Assembly: GCA_000146045.2 (NCBI GenBank)
Contig: BK006947.3
Location: 160,001-224,000, forward strand
Length of the DNA: 64,000 nucleotides
Reading direction: 5' to 3'
Source: TPA_inf: Saccharomyces
Taxonomy: Eukaryota
Positions 22,875 to 34,300 of the stretch are shown here, in pieces; positions within the stretch are counted from its first letter, which is position 1, and each line of letters begins with the position of its first letter. Under the pieces are notes generated by a model. The model ran no database searches and was not told the origin of the DNA. It saw only the letters and a program-made list of their open reading frames with translations. The translations under genes and the position numbers were made by a program.

Positions 22875-25178
22875 ATGAATATCTTCATAAAAGCCCTGAG
22901 AAGATATACTATAATGTCTACGCCGAAGATTGTGCAGCCCAAATGGAAGGTTCCAACGCCACAAGCTAAAGAAACTGTGTTGAAGTTGTACAACAGTTTA
23001 ACAAGATCTAAGGTTGAATTCATTCCGCAATCTGGCAATAGAGGTGTCACTTGGTACTCTTGCGGTCCTACTGTTTACGATGCCTCCCATATGGGTCATG
23101 CCAGAAACTATGTCTCTATTGATATCAATAGAAGAATTATTCAAGATTATTTTGGTTACGACGTGCAATTTGTGCAAAATGTTACTGATATCGACGATAA
23201 AATTATTTTGAGAGCTAGACAAAACTATTTATTTGACAATTTTGTCAAAGAAAATGATACCAAATTCAACGCCACTGTTGTTGACAAGGTCAAAACCGCA
23301 CTTTTCCAATATATCAACAAAAATTTTACTATTCAAGGCAGCGAGATCAAAACTATCGAAGAATTTGAAACTTGGTTATCGAATGCTGATACTGAAACTT
23401 TAAAATTGGAGAATCCTAAATTCCCTATGCATGTCACCGCAGTTCAAAATGCTATTGAATCAATCACTAAGGGCGATTCCATGGACGCAGAAGTTGCCTT
23501 TGAAAAAGTCAAGGACGTTACGGTTCCTCTATTGGATAAAGAATTGGGCTCTACCATTAGCAATCCAGAGATTTTCCGCCAACTTCCAGCTTACTGGGAA
23601 CAGAAATTCAATGATGACATGTTATCATTAAACGTGCTACCTCCCACCGTTACAACTCGTGTTTCTGAGTACGTTCCAGAAATTATTGACTTTGTTCAAA
23701 AAATTATTGATAATGGTTACGCATATGCCACTTCCGACGGTTCCGTGTACTTTGATACTTTAAAATTTGACAAATCCCCAAATCATGACTATGCTAAATG
23801 CCAGCCATGGAATAAGGGCCAGTTAGACTTAATTAATGATGGTGAAGGGTCCTTAAGCAACTTTGCTGATAACGGAAAAAAGTCGAATAATGATTTTGCT
23901 TTATGGAAGGCTTCCAAGGCAGGTGAACCTGAGTGGGAATCACCATGGGGTAAGGGTAGACCAGGATGGCATATTGAATGTTCTGTGATGGCCAGTGATA
24001 TCCTAGGCTCTAACATCGATATTCATTCAGGTGGCATCGATTTGGCCTTTCCTCACCATGATAACGAATTGGCTCAATCCGAGGCTCGCTTCGACAATCA
24101 ACAGTGGATCAACTATTTCTTACATACGGGCCATTTACATATTGAGGGTCAAAAAATGTCTAAATCCTTAAAGAATTTCATTACCATTCAAGAAGCTTTG
24201 AAAAAATTCTCACCGCGCCAATTAAGATTGGCTTTTGCCTCAGTACAATGGAACAATCAATTGGATTTCAAGGAATCTTTGATCCATGAAGTAAAGTCAT
24301 TTGAAAACTCCATGAACAATTTTTTTAAGACTATTAGAGCATTGAAGAACGATGCAGCTTCTGCAGGTCATATCTCTAAAAAGTTTAGTCCCTTAGAGAA
24401 AGAATTATTGGCTGATTTTGTTGAAAGTGAATCGAAAGTCCATTCGGCGTTCTGTGATAATTTATCCACACCTGTTGCTTTGAAGACACTGAGCGAATTA
24501 GTGACCAAGTCAAACACATACATTACCACTGCAGGTGCTGCTTTAAAAATTGAGCCCTTGATTGCTATCTGTAGCTACATCACCAAAATCTTAAGAATAA
24601 TTGGATTTCCATCCCGTCCTGACAATTTGGGTTGGGCAGCCCAAGCTGGCTCCAACGATGGATCCCTAGGCTCATTGGAAGACACTGTTATGCCATATGT
24701 TAAGTGTTTATCCACATTTAGAGATGATGTACGTTCCTTAGCTATCAAGAAAGCCGAACCCAAGGAATTCTTGCAATTAACGGATAAAATTAGAAACGAA
24801 GATTTGCTAAACTTGAATGTTGCCTTGGATGATAGGAATGGACAATCTGCCTTGATCAAATTTTTGACTAACGATGAAAAATTGGAAATTGTCAAGCTAA
24901 ACGAGGAGAAACATGCCAACGAACTAGCAAAGAAACAAAAGAAATTGGAACAGCAGAAATTAAGAGAGCAGAAGGAAAACGAGAGGAAGCAGAAAGCTCA
25001 AATTAAACCACAAGATATGTTCAAGGATGTCACATTGTACAGTGCTTGGGACGAGCAAGGCCTTCCAACAAAGGACAAAGACGGTAATGATATCACCAAG
25101 AGTATGACCAAGAAGTTGAAGAAGCAATGGGAACAACAAAAGAAGCTACATGAAGAGTACTTTGGTGAAGACAAATAG
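22875..25178 (+). CDS. CRS1: CRS1 (YNL247W), 767 aa cysteinyl-tRNA synthetase (class I; HIGH motif HMGH, KMSKS present)
   Basis: The track ORF starts at GTG 22848 (preceded by in-frame TAG). The first in-frame ATG is at 22875 and gives exactly 767 aa ([18 protein letters not shown]...). A second ATG at 22914 ([11 protein letters not shown]) would give 754 aa. [13 protein letters not shown] and the anticodon-binding domain are present. Confidence 0.92.
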   Translation: MNIFIKALRRYTIMSTPKIVQPKWKVPTPQAKETVLKLYNSLTRSKVEFIPQSGNRGVTWYSCGPTVYDASHMGHARNYVSIDINRRIIQDYFGYDVQFVQNVTDIDDKIILRARQNYLFDNFVKENDTKFNATVVDKVKTALFQYINKNFTIQGSEIKTIEEFETWLSNADTETLKLENPKFPMHVTAVQNAIESITKGDSMDAEVAFEKVKDVTVPLLDKELGSTISNPEIFRQLPAYWEQKFNDDMLSLNVLPPTVTTRVSEYVPEIIDFVQKIIDNGYAYATSDGSVYFDTLKFDKSPNHDYAKCQPWNKGQLDLINDGEGSLSNFADNGKKSNNDFALWKASKAGEPEWESPWGKGRPGWHIECSVMASDILGSNIDIHSGGIDLAFPHHDNELAQSEARFDNQQWINYFLHTGHLHIEGQKMSKSLKNFITIQEALKKFSPRQLRLAFASVQWNNQLDFKESLIHEVKSFENSMNNFFKTIRALKNDAASAGHISKKFSPLEKELLADFVESESKVHSAFCDNLSTPVALKTLSELVTKSNTYITTAGAALKIEPLIAICSYITKILRIIGFPSRPDNLGWAAQAGSNDGSLGSLEDTVMPYVKCLSTFRDDVRSLAIKKAEPKEFLQLTDKIRNEDLLNLNVALDDRNGQSALIKFLTNDEKLEIVKLNEEKHANELAKKQKKLEQQKLREQKENERKQKAQIKPQDMFKDVTLYSAWDEQGLPTKDKDGNDITKSMTKKLKKQWEQQKKLHEEYFGEDK

Positions 25179-25459
25179 AATACTCGTGGCTTCGTTATGT
25201 GTGCAACTATTCAAAAGTACGTATATATGTATATACCATCTTTTTTTACGTTAAAATAGTGAAAAAGGAAAGGAGGAAAGAAAAAACTAATATAATTAAT
25301 TGTATTATATATGTACTTTTCATTTTGGAATGTGAAAAAATTCCAGGCGGAAAAAATTGAAAAAATCAAACACTGCGCTTGTGAGAAAAGGGAAGAAAAG
25401 CATCCTAATGATTAGGCGCTTGATGTTGACGACAAACATTTCGAAGCATAACACTGCCA

Positions 25460-26349
25460 ATGATGAGTGACCAAGAAAACGAGAACGAGCAGTATGTAGG
25501 ATTGAGCTCTGCAGGGCATGAAATGGAAAAATAAAGCAACCCATTATACTAACAATATGCACTTAGCAAGTGCGGTAGATGGTCAGTGCAAAAGCATTCT
25601 TAGGATTGGCTAAATGCGAAGAAGAAGTGGACGCTATTGAACGTGAGGTAGAATTATACAGATTGAACAAAATGAAGCCTGTTTATGAAAAGAGGGACGC
25701 GTATATTGACGAAATTGCAGAGTTCTGGAAAATTGTGCTTTCACAACACGTTAGTTTTGCGAATTACATAAGGGCTTCAGATTTTAAATACATTGACACT
25801 ATAGATAAGATCAAAGTAGAATGGCTGGCATTGGAGTCTGAAATGTACGACACTAGAGATTTTAGTATAACATTCCATTTCCATGGAATTGAGGGAGACT
25901 TCAAAGAGCAGCAAGTCACCAAGGTGTTCCAAATCAAAAAAGGCAAAGATGACCAAGAAGACGGGATACTGACTAGTGAGCCCGTTCCAATTGAGTGGCC
26001 CCAGAGTTACGACTCGATAAACCCGGACTTGATCAAAGACAAACGCAGTCCAGAGGGTAAAAAAAAGTACAGACAGGGAATGAAAACCATATTTGGCTGG
26101 TTCAGATGGACCGGCCTAAAACCCGGGAAGGAGTTCCCGCACGGCGACTCATTGGCGTCATTGTTCAGTGAAGAGATCTACCCTTTTTGTGTGAAGTACT
26201 ATGCTGAGGCCCAGAGGGACTTGGAAGACGAAGAAGGAGAATCCGGGTTAAGCGCAGATGGCGACAGCGAGGATGACGATGGCAGTCTCGGTGAGGTGGA
26301 CTTGCCACTATCCGACGAGGAACCAAGCTCTAAGAAAAGGAAAGTTTAG
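25460..26349 (+). CDS. VPS75: VPS75 (YNL246W), NAP-family histone chaperone; two exons (25460..25492 and 25579..26349) with an 86-bp intron
   Basis: Exon 1 reads ATGATGAGTGACCAAGAAAACGAGAACGAGCAG (MMSDQENENEQ) and is followed by GTATGT at 25493. TACTAAC at 25547..25553. The AG at 25577-25578 is followed by ATG GTC AGT GCA..., in frame with the 256-aa downstream ORF (MVSAKAFLGLAKCEEEVD...). Spliced product about 267 aa. Confidence 0.8.
25493..25578 (+). other. VPS75: Spliceosomal intron of VPS75 (GTATGT ... TACTAAC ... AG)
   Basis: 5' splice site GTATGT at 25493-25498, branchpoint TACTAAC at 25547-25553. Candidate 3' AGs lie at 25565-66, 25569-70 and 25577-78. Only the last preserves the reading frame. 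Confidence 0.75.
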
Positions 26350-26885
26350 TAGTCTAGGTCCGGAGCGGGCTTGGACAACGGTTTCCCTCGTTGCGACATT
26401 GCTCTTTTTTTTGTTGAGTCTGGAGTTCTTCTTTGTTGTTTAGTTACCTTAAACTTACTCATTGGATCATCTTTAAGCAATTTTGACTTCTTCTTCTGCG
26501 AACTTATGGATGTTGCGGCACCAGAAGCGGAAATAGTAGTGGCCGCCCTTACAGGCGGTGTTGCAGGTTGGTTTAGTATAGATGAATCTAGTTTTTTCTT
26601 ACCTAATAAATAGTCTTCCTTTTCGTCACTCAGTTTTGCATCCTGATACATCCATTCCAAGCCCGACTTCTTCAAAGCCAAGTCATTCTTGAGAGTCTCC
26701 GGCTTATCCTTGCTCGATTCGTTCAGCAGTTCATTTAGTTCTCGTTCTTTTTCAATTTCTTTCAATCGCGTGTTAAGCTTCTGCTGTTCGGTAATTAGAT
26801 CCTGTTCGGTCTCCCATACTTTTTTTCTATTTTTCATAAGCTTGGGATTCCATGATTTCAACAGATTCAAATCGCCCGACCCCAT
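26346..26885 (-). CDS. CWC25: CWC25 (YNL245C), 179 aa spliceosome first-step factor
   Basis: 179-aa ORF, ATG at 26885. Basic and charged low-complexity protein (MGSGDLNLLKSWNPKLMKNRKKVWETEQ...). Length and position match. Its stop codon overlaps the VPS75 stop. Confidence 0.85.
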   Translation of the reverse strand: MGSGDLNLLKSWNPKLMKNRKKVWETEQDLITEQQKLNTRLKEIEKERELNELLNESSKDKPETLKNDLALKKSGLEWMYQDAKLSDEKEDYLLGKKKLDSSILNQPATPPVRAATTISASGAATSISSQKKKSKLLKDDPMSKFKVTKQQRRTPDSTKKRAMSQRGKPLSKPAPDLDY

Positions 26886-27169
26886 GATAATGTACTCTCG
26901 ATTTGGCCTTTCTTCCCTGTACTCAAAACTGAACGCTCATCTCTTTTGAGAAGCTGCATGCTACGTACCACTTGTTCTTATATCTCTGTATGTAAGCCCG
27001 CGGCGGGAGAAGAAGAAAAAGAAATAAAAAAAGATGAGATGTTATATTATATATTATAGTGTAAATATGCACTTGGACTTAAATAACTAAACAGTTACGT
27101 TTTATATAGGATAACAACACTAAGAAAGAAAGCGAGCAGCGAGTAAGCGACTCGGCGTAAGCCTTGAAC

Positions 27170-27496
27170 TTAAAACCCATGAATTTTAATGTTCTTCTTT
27201 TGCAATCCCAGTTGGGAGATCATAAATTCGCAAACCTTTGCTCTTTGGTCACCCTGCAACTGAATAATCTCCCCCATTTCTGGATCCTTGACAATGTTAC
27301 CATTACATGCAAAGTCCTTCTTTAGGACCTTAAGAATTCTCTTTAAATCATATTCCTCTGGGACACCTTGCACCGTAGTTAAAGTTTTTCTACCATTTCT
27401 CTGTTGGATACGAATATGAATATAGTTTGAAGTGGCGGTTTCGTCGTCTCCTGTGTCGGCGAAAGGATCAAATGATTTCAGATTCTCAATGGACAT
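27170..27496 (-). CDS. SUI1: SUI1 (YNL244C), 108 aa translation initiation factor eIF1
   Basis: The track ORF is 133 aa from an upstream start. The ATG at 27496 gives 108 aa beginning MSIENLKSFDPFADTGDDE with the SUI1 domain (IHIRIQQRNGRKTLTTVQG). Confidence 0.93.
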   Translation of the reverse strand: MSIENLKSFDPFADTGDDETATSNYIHIRIQQRNGRKTLTTVQGVPEEYDLKRILKVLKKDFACNGNIVKDPEMGEIIQLQGDQRAKVCEFMISQLGLQKKNIKIHGF

Positions 27497-28050
27497 ACGA
27501 TTTGCTTCAGCTATATTAATATATTCCTTGTCTTTTTTGAAAAAGAATAGAAAGGAGAAAACCCCCAGCACGAAACGAAAACAACAAGTAGCTCTTCTCT
27601 TGTTTTGTCCTTTTGCAGTTTGCTTTTATCCCTGTGATGAAAAAAAAAAAAACTAAAATTTTTTGCCGGCGCATCGAAAAAATCTGTTACCCGACCCGTT
27701 ATTGGTGATAATACCCATTTTTAACGCGATCACATATCATAAACTGCAGTGAGAGGGTCGTTTACAGTAGTTATAGTACCGAACCAAAAGACTGGAACCA
27801 TGTACACATGATCCTTTTACGGGTACTTTTTATTGTAATGTAGGTCGGTGCGTTTTGTACGACGACGCAGCGGCTGCTCGTATAAAATGACGCGGTCGCG
27901 CGCCGTTTGACGTCCTATAGGAGAATGCCAAAAAGGGTGTTTTGCTGGAAAATATACATATATAAATATATATAAAGAATAGTGAAACAATAGAAATATT
28001 AGTAATACAGCCATAGCAGTAGTAGTGATAGTACTAGCAGCTAGAACAGG

Positions 28051-30957
28051 ATGTCCAGAATAGATTCAGATCTGCAGAAAGCGCTTAAAAAGGCGTGTTC
28101 CGTTGAGGAGACCGCACCTAAGAGAAAGCACGTACGCGCATGCATAGTGTACACATGGGACCATCAGTCTTCCAAAGCTGTTTTTACAACCCTTAAGACG
28201 CTGCCTCTGGCCAATGACGAAGTGCAACTGTTCAAGATGCTTATTGTACTGCATAAGATCATACAAGAGGGACATCCGTCAGCGCTAGCTGAGGCCATCC
28301 GGGATAGGGACTGGATCAGATCTCTGGGTAGGGTACATTCTGGCGGTTCGTCGTACAGCAAACTGATTCGGGAGTATGTGCGGTACCTGGTTTTGAAGCT
28401 GGACTTTCATGCGCACCATAGAGGGTTTAACAACGGGACGTTTGAGTACGAGGAGTATGTGTCACTGGTTTCAGTTTCCGACCCGGACGAAGGGTACGAG
28501 ACGATCTTAGATTTGATGTCGTTACAGGATTCTCTTGACGAGTTCTCGCAGATCATCTTTGCGTCGATTCAGTCCGAGAGGAGAAATACTGAGTGCAAAA
28601 TTTCGGCGCTGATCCCGTTGATTGCGGAGTCATATGGTATTTATAAATTCATCACCTCGATGCTGAGAGCTATGCACAGGCAATTGAATGATGCGGAGGG
28701 TGACGCTGCTCTGCAGCCCTTGAAAGAACGGTACGAGTTGCAACATGCAAGGCTGTTTGAGTTTTACGCGGACTGCTCTTCTGTGAAGTACTTGACCACG
28801 TTAGTAACCATTCCAAAACTACCCGTGGACGCTCCAGACGTATTTTTAATCAACGATGTGGACGAGTCAAAAGAGATTAAGTTCAAAAAAAGAGAGCCCT
28901 CTGTAACTCCAGCGCGGACGCCGGCACGGACTCCAACACCAACACCACCTGTTGTTGCTGAGCCGGCTATTTCCCCACGTCCGGTATCTCAAAGGACTAC
29001 TTCGACGCCTACGGGTTACTTGCAAACTATGCCGACGGGTGCCACCACTGGGATGATGATCCCCACTGCCACTGGTGCAGCTAACGCCATTTTTCCACAG
29101 GCGACGGCACAAATGCAGCCGGACTTCTGGGCCAATCAACAAGCCCAGTTTGCGAACGAGCAAAACCGTCTCGAGCAAGAGCGTGTGCAACAGTTGCAAC
29201 AACAGCAGGCACAGCAGGAACTGTTTCAACAGCAGTTACAAAAAGCACAACAGGATATGATGAATATGCAGCTTCAACAACAAAACCAACATCAAAACGA
29301 TTTAATTGCCCTCACCAATCAATATGAAAAGGACCAGGCTTTATTGCAGCAATATGACCAAAGAGTGCAGCAGCTGGAAAGTGAAATCACAACGATGGAT
29401 TCTACAGCTTCCAAACAATTGGCTAATAAGGACGAGCAACTAACTGCATTGCAGGATCAATTGGATGTTTGGGAAAGAAAATATGAGTCTTTAGCCAAGC
29501 TATACTCCCAGTTGCGTCAAGAGCATCTAAATCTTTTACCTCGTTTTAAAAAACTGCAGTTAAAGGTGAATAGTGCGCAGGAATCCATTCAGAAAAAGGA
29601 ACAGTTAGAACACAAATTGAAGCAAAAGGATTTGCAAATGGCCGAGTTGGTTAAGGACCGTGACAGGGCAAGGTTAGAATTAGAAAGATCCATTAATAAT
29701 GCAGAGGCGGACAGTGCAGCGGCGACAGCAGCAGCAGAAACAATGACTCAGGATAAAATGAACCCTATTCTGGATGCCATATTGGAAAGCGGTATCAACA
29801 CCATCCAGGAATCGGTCTATAATCTCGATTCTCCTTTGAGTTGGTCGGGTCCGCTGACTCCACCCACTTTCCTTTTGTCCTTATTGGAAAGTACTTCTGA
29901 AAACGCCACTGAGTTTGCCACCAGTTTCAATAATTTGATAGTAGACGGCCTTGCACACGGCGACCAAACAGAGGTCATACACTGCGTTAGTGATTTCAGT
30001 ACTTCGATGGCTACACTGGTGACCAATTCAAAGGCGTACGCCGTTACTACATTACCTCAAGAACAGTCTGATCAAATTTTGACCCTGGTGAAGAGATGTG
30101 CCAGAGAGGCCCAATATTTCTTCGAGGATTTGATGTCTGAAAATCTTAACCAGGTCGGTGATGAGGAGAAAACTGATATCGTCATCAATGCCAACGTGGA
30201 CATGCAAGAGAAGTTGCAAGAGCTATCTTTGGCTATCGAACCGTTATTGAACATACAATCTGTCAAATCAAATAAAGAAACGAACCCACATTCTGAATTG
30301 GTTGCCACTGCTGACAAAATTGTCAAATCCTCAGAACACTTACGTGTTGACGTTCCTAAACCATTGTTGTCATTGGCATTAATGATTATTGATGCTGTTG
30401 TGGCTTTGGTAAAGGCTGCTATTCAGTGCCAAAATGAAATTGCCACCACGACAAGTATTCCTCTGAACCAATTCTACTTGAAAAACAGCAGATGGACAGA
30501 AGGTTTGATCTCCGCGGCAAAGGCTGTGGCAGGTGCAACCAATGTTTTAATCACTACTGCTAGTAAGTTAATCACTTCTGAAGACAATGAAAACACATCA
30601 CCTGAACAATTTATCGTCGCCTCCAAAGAAGTGGCCGCATCCACAATACAATTGGTAGCAGCATCGAGAGTGAAAACTTCCATCCACTCGAAGGCCCAAG
30701 ATAAATTGGAACACTGTTCCAAAGATGTTACCGATGCATGCAGAAGTTTGGGTAACCACGTCATGGGTATGATTGAAGATGATCATTCGACTTCGCAACA
30801 GCAGCAACCATTGGACTTCACATCCGAACACACATTGAAGACTGCCGAAATGGAACAGCAAGTGGAAATTTTGAAGTTAGAACAATCCTTGAGCAATGCC
30901 AGGAAGAGATTGGGCGAGATAAGAAGGCATGCCTACTATAACCAGGATGATGATTGA
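28051..30957 (+). CDS. SLA2: SLA2 (YNL243W), 968 aa endocytic actin-binding protein (ANTH domain, coiled coil, talin-like I/LWEQ domain)
   Basis: 968-aa ORF, ATG at 28051. N-terminal ANTH region, Q-rich coiled-coil centre, C-terminal I/LWEQ-type module. Length matches Sla2 exactly. Confidence 0.92.
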   Translation: MSRIDSDLQKALKKACSVEETAPKRKHVRACIVYTWDHQSSKAVFTTLKTLPLANDEVQLFKMLIVLHKIIQEGHPSALAEAIRDRDWIRSLGRVHSGGSSYSKLIREYVRYLVLKLDFHAHHRGFNNGTFEYEEYVSLVSVSDPDEGYETILDLMSLQDSLDEFSQIIFASIQSERRNTECKISALIPLIAESYGIYKFITSMLRAMHRQLNDAEGDAALQPLKERYELQHARLFEFYADCSSVKYLTTLVTIPKLPVDAPDVFLINDVDESKEIKFKKREPSVTPARTPARTPTPTPPVVAEPAISPRPVSQRTTSTPTGYLQTMPTGATTGMMIPTATGAANAIFPQATAQMQPDFWANQQAQFANEQNRLEQERVQQLQQQQAQQELFQQQLQKAQQDMMNMQLQQQNQHQNDLIALTNQYEKDQALLQQYDQRVQQLESEITTMDSTASKQLANKDEQLTALQDQLDVWERKYESLAKLYSQLRQEHLNLLPRFKKLQLKVNSAQESIQKKEQLEHKLKQKDLQMAELVKDRDRARLELERSINNAEADSAAATAAAETMTQDKMNPILDAILESGINTIQESVYNLDSPLSWSGPLTPPTFLLSLLESTSENATEFATSFNNLIVDGLAHGDQTEVIHCVSDFSTSMATLVTNSKAYAVTTLPQEQSDQILTLVKRCAREAQYFFEDLMSENLNQVGDEEKTDIVINANVDMQEKLQELSLAIEPLLNIQSVKSNKETNPHSELVATADKIVKSSEHLRVDVPKPLLSLALMIIDAVVALVKAAIQCQNEIATTTSIPLNQFYLKNSRWTEGLISAAKAVAGATNVLITTASKLITSEDNENTSPEQFIVASKEVAASTIQLVAASRVKTSIHSKAQDKLEHCSKDVTDACRSLGNHVMGMIEDDHSTSQQQQPLDFTSEHTLKTAEMEQQVEILKLEQSLSNARKRLGEIRRHAYYNQDDD

Positions 30958-31323
30958 TCATGAATTGTACTTTTTATATATAAAGATAAACGTTAATATA
31001 AATATATTTATTTGAAGACGTCTTTTACGTTTTTCTGTATCTGATTGGTATATGCGTTCTCGTCCGGGGACATTTTTTCTTTTTTTGGTGCGGCGAATGG
31101 AAATAATCGCGATAATGAATATGCAAGGAACAAAGAACAGACACCCCACCCTTATTATCATATCACATCTCTGTAGGAGTCTACCATTTTGCTTCTATTG
31201 TAATCTTTGCGACTTTATTTCAACTCACCATTCATACAAAATTTCTACTGCCGTTTAAAATAAGGAAAGCATAAAGATTAAAGCAAATTAAGAGGAACCC
31301 TTTTTTTTTTTGATTTCGATACA

Positions 31324-34300
31324 ATGGCATTTTGGTTACCTCAAAATATACAAAAGCGGCTGCTTCTTTACGTCCTTCAGCAAATTTCGCTGTTCTCCAA
31401 TATAGATTTATCTAACTTGGACGTTTCTATAGGGTCTAAGTCACATTTCTCGTTCCATGATGTGAATCTGTCACTTGATGATCTCAACATTCCAAACGTG
31501 CAAATAAACGAAGGCATAGTTGACGAGCTTGTGTTAAAATTAACAGTTTCTGGCGGTGTGGAAATCGATGGGTCTGGTTTAAGATTTATCATGACACCTT
31601 TATATTCCAGTGGCTCACAGGAACTTCACTCAGATTTTTTGGTTAAAAGCATCCAAGATCTTACGAATTCGATGTTACAATTTAGTGATCCATTGACCAC
31701 ATATAATAGGTACAAAGAAGATGACATTAGCTCTTCAGACAGTAGTAGTGATCTCAACTCTAATATAGAAGCTTCAAAACCAGCCGCAAATGGTTCTTAT
31801 ACTCTTCAAAATATGCGGAACAAGGCCCTTAATGTAGCCTTAGCGAAATTGAAAATAGCATTAAAGGACGTTACCATACGTTTCATAGTGAATGATAGAG
31901 ATCCTTCCGATAACATTGTGGAGGTTCATCTAGAAAGCATACAACTTATTACTACAGACGCAAATTTACGACATATAAACATTGAAAATATCACCATTTC
32001 CTCAATACAAAAACAAGCTGTACCCGACTCTCCTGTGCATCCTTTCAATAATGACGATCTGTCACAAAGCGTTTATTTATCAAAAATGGAGGCTACTTCA
32101 CTTTATATGAGCGCCATGGAAGAGCAATCAAATGAAGACCCCAGTGAACCCCAAGTTACACAAGAAGAACAAGAGAATGATAAGTGCAAGGAATCTTTAA
32201 TGGAAATAAATAATTTGAACATAGCTTTTAAGGGTTTATCATCGGTCAATGATCTCAGAATGTCTAATATTGTTATTGATATTCAGGATGTTCATTTAGC
32301 GATACACAAAATTGTCGAAATCAAAAACTCCACTTTGAAGAATATTATAGATATCATTGTTACACATTTGGATGCCAATGAAAGCTTTTCTTGCCAGGAT
32401 TCCCAAAGTCCTTCACCTGACAAGCAGGAACCATCAGCTCTTTCTTCTGTTGATATCAAATGTATATACTTAAACTTAGGCCAAGATATCACAGTAATTT
32501 TGAAGAGCTTTAAATTAGAGCAAAAGGAAAATAATTCATTGGCATTTTCTTTAGGCTCATTTTATTCTAATTCGAGTCCATTGACAATTAGCCATAAAAC
32601 TAAGCCATTGCTCACTGGAGAACAAACCCCTCAAAGCATCGCATTAAATATGGGCGACGAACTAGATATTATTATCAGTCATGATGGCATTGCGCATTTC
32701 TTTAAAATCTTTCAGTTTGTTTCAAAATGTATGTCCTTTTATCAGAATAAGTCAAAAGGGATGATGCCTCAAATAGCATCGGATACTAAAAGGACCGTAC
32801 AACTTACCTCAAAAGCAGTGAAGTTGTCGCTTAAGTTTCCATATTTTTTATTATGTTTCCAGGTTTCACCCTTCATTTACGACTCTAACCGTGAGTTGTA
32901 CATTGAGCTTGTAGACGTATTTAAAAAACTACCTTCTCGGTGCACGAAAATATTGACAATGTCGAGCATTACGATCTCGAACTTGCAATCCCCTCTACAA
33001 CTGGGTTCATATGACGATACTTTGAAAGAAGCGCTAATTTATAGTTCTGTCCATGCAATCATCAAAGAAGTGATATTTAACGAAGAATATTCTGGAATAG
33101 TACAATTAGTCGAAGATATTTCTGCGTTTGGAAAACTTTTCACGGATTCAAAGAACAGTGAATGTACAGGAAAGTCTAAAAGCAAGAGAGGCTCCTTTTT
33201 GCAGAGAAGTGTCAGAGTACTTAATTCTTCCAGGTTCGTTTACAAGCAGAGTTTATCCGCTAATTTTTCTCTCAAGATAGATTCCATGAAGTTAAAAGTA
33301 TCAGAAATTATAGGGCCGCAATTTGGTTCTGTGGAAGCATTACTATCAAATAATTTCTTTGCGATTACGGATGACTCTCAAATTGTATATTTTACAAAGA
33401 ACTTAAAGGTAGAAAGAAAGACACCGTCATTATTAGAGCCACAAGAAATCATGTCAGTAGTTTTGAATAAAGCAGTTAACGAACCTGTACTATATGTTCA
33501 TAGAAGGGCGAATGGAAAGTTAAAAGTCATTTTTAACAACATTCGCATACATTACTATGCAAGGTGGTTAGAAATACTAAAGAAAAACATCGGCCCGGAT
33601 AATGCCAGTTCAAAAGATGAACCTGTTTCACAAAAGCTTAGTAAAAAACAACCGACTTCAGGATTTCCCTGGGAACTCAAATGTCTGGACTGCTCTCTAA
33701 TTCTGCACCCTTTCAGATTAAAAAGTGTAATGGTCATTGTACTTGACAATCTAACAACTGGTGGAAGTTCATTTATTCCGCAGGCAAAGCTTCTTTCAAA
33801 GGCGAATACACTCTTCCTAATAGATGACTATCAGAATTTCAAAATTCAAAAAGATAAGAACTGGCCTAGTTTGATAAATTTTTATGCTGGTCAAGGTTTC
33901 TCTGCAATCGGTAAAATAGATACTTTGAATTTTTTAATAAACAAATCCGATGGTGCCCTTTTATTGGATTGTAAAATAGAACAAGTTGGTCTTTCATTAT
34001 GCGCGGATTCTTTTCAAACTTTTTGTCAGCTTTGTATTGATTTAAAATATCCTCAGACGTTTCCTGATGAGGAAAAATTTAGAACGCAGTTGAAAAATCC
34101 TATCGATGTATTCAAAGACATCGATTGTGATCTTTTCAATTCTGCCTTCATCCGGGAGAACAATCATCAAAATGATTACGACTCAGTGCATTTGGTAGAC
34201 AGTTTTCTCGACAAAACTCACGAGTTCAACAATGGTGCCAGAAGTAAACTATCCTCTCAAGGTTCATATGAAATGGACAGTTCCTCTGGAACTGCCACAG

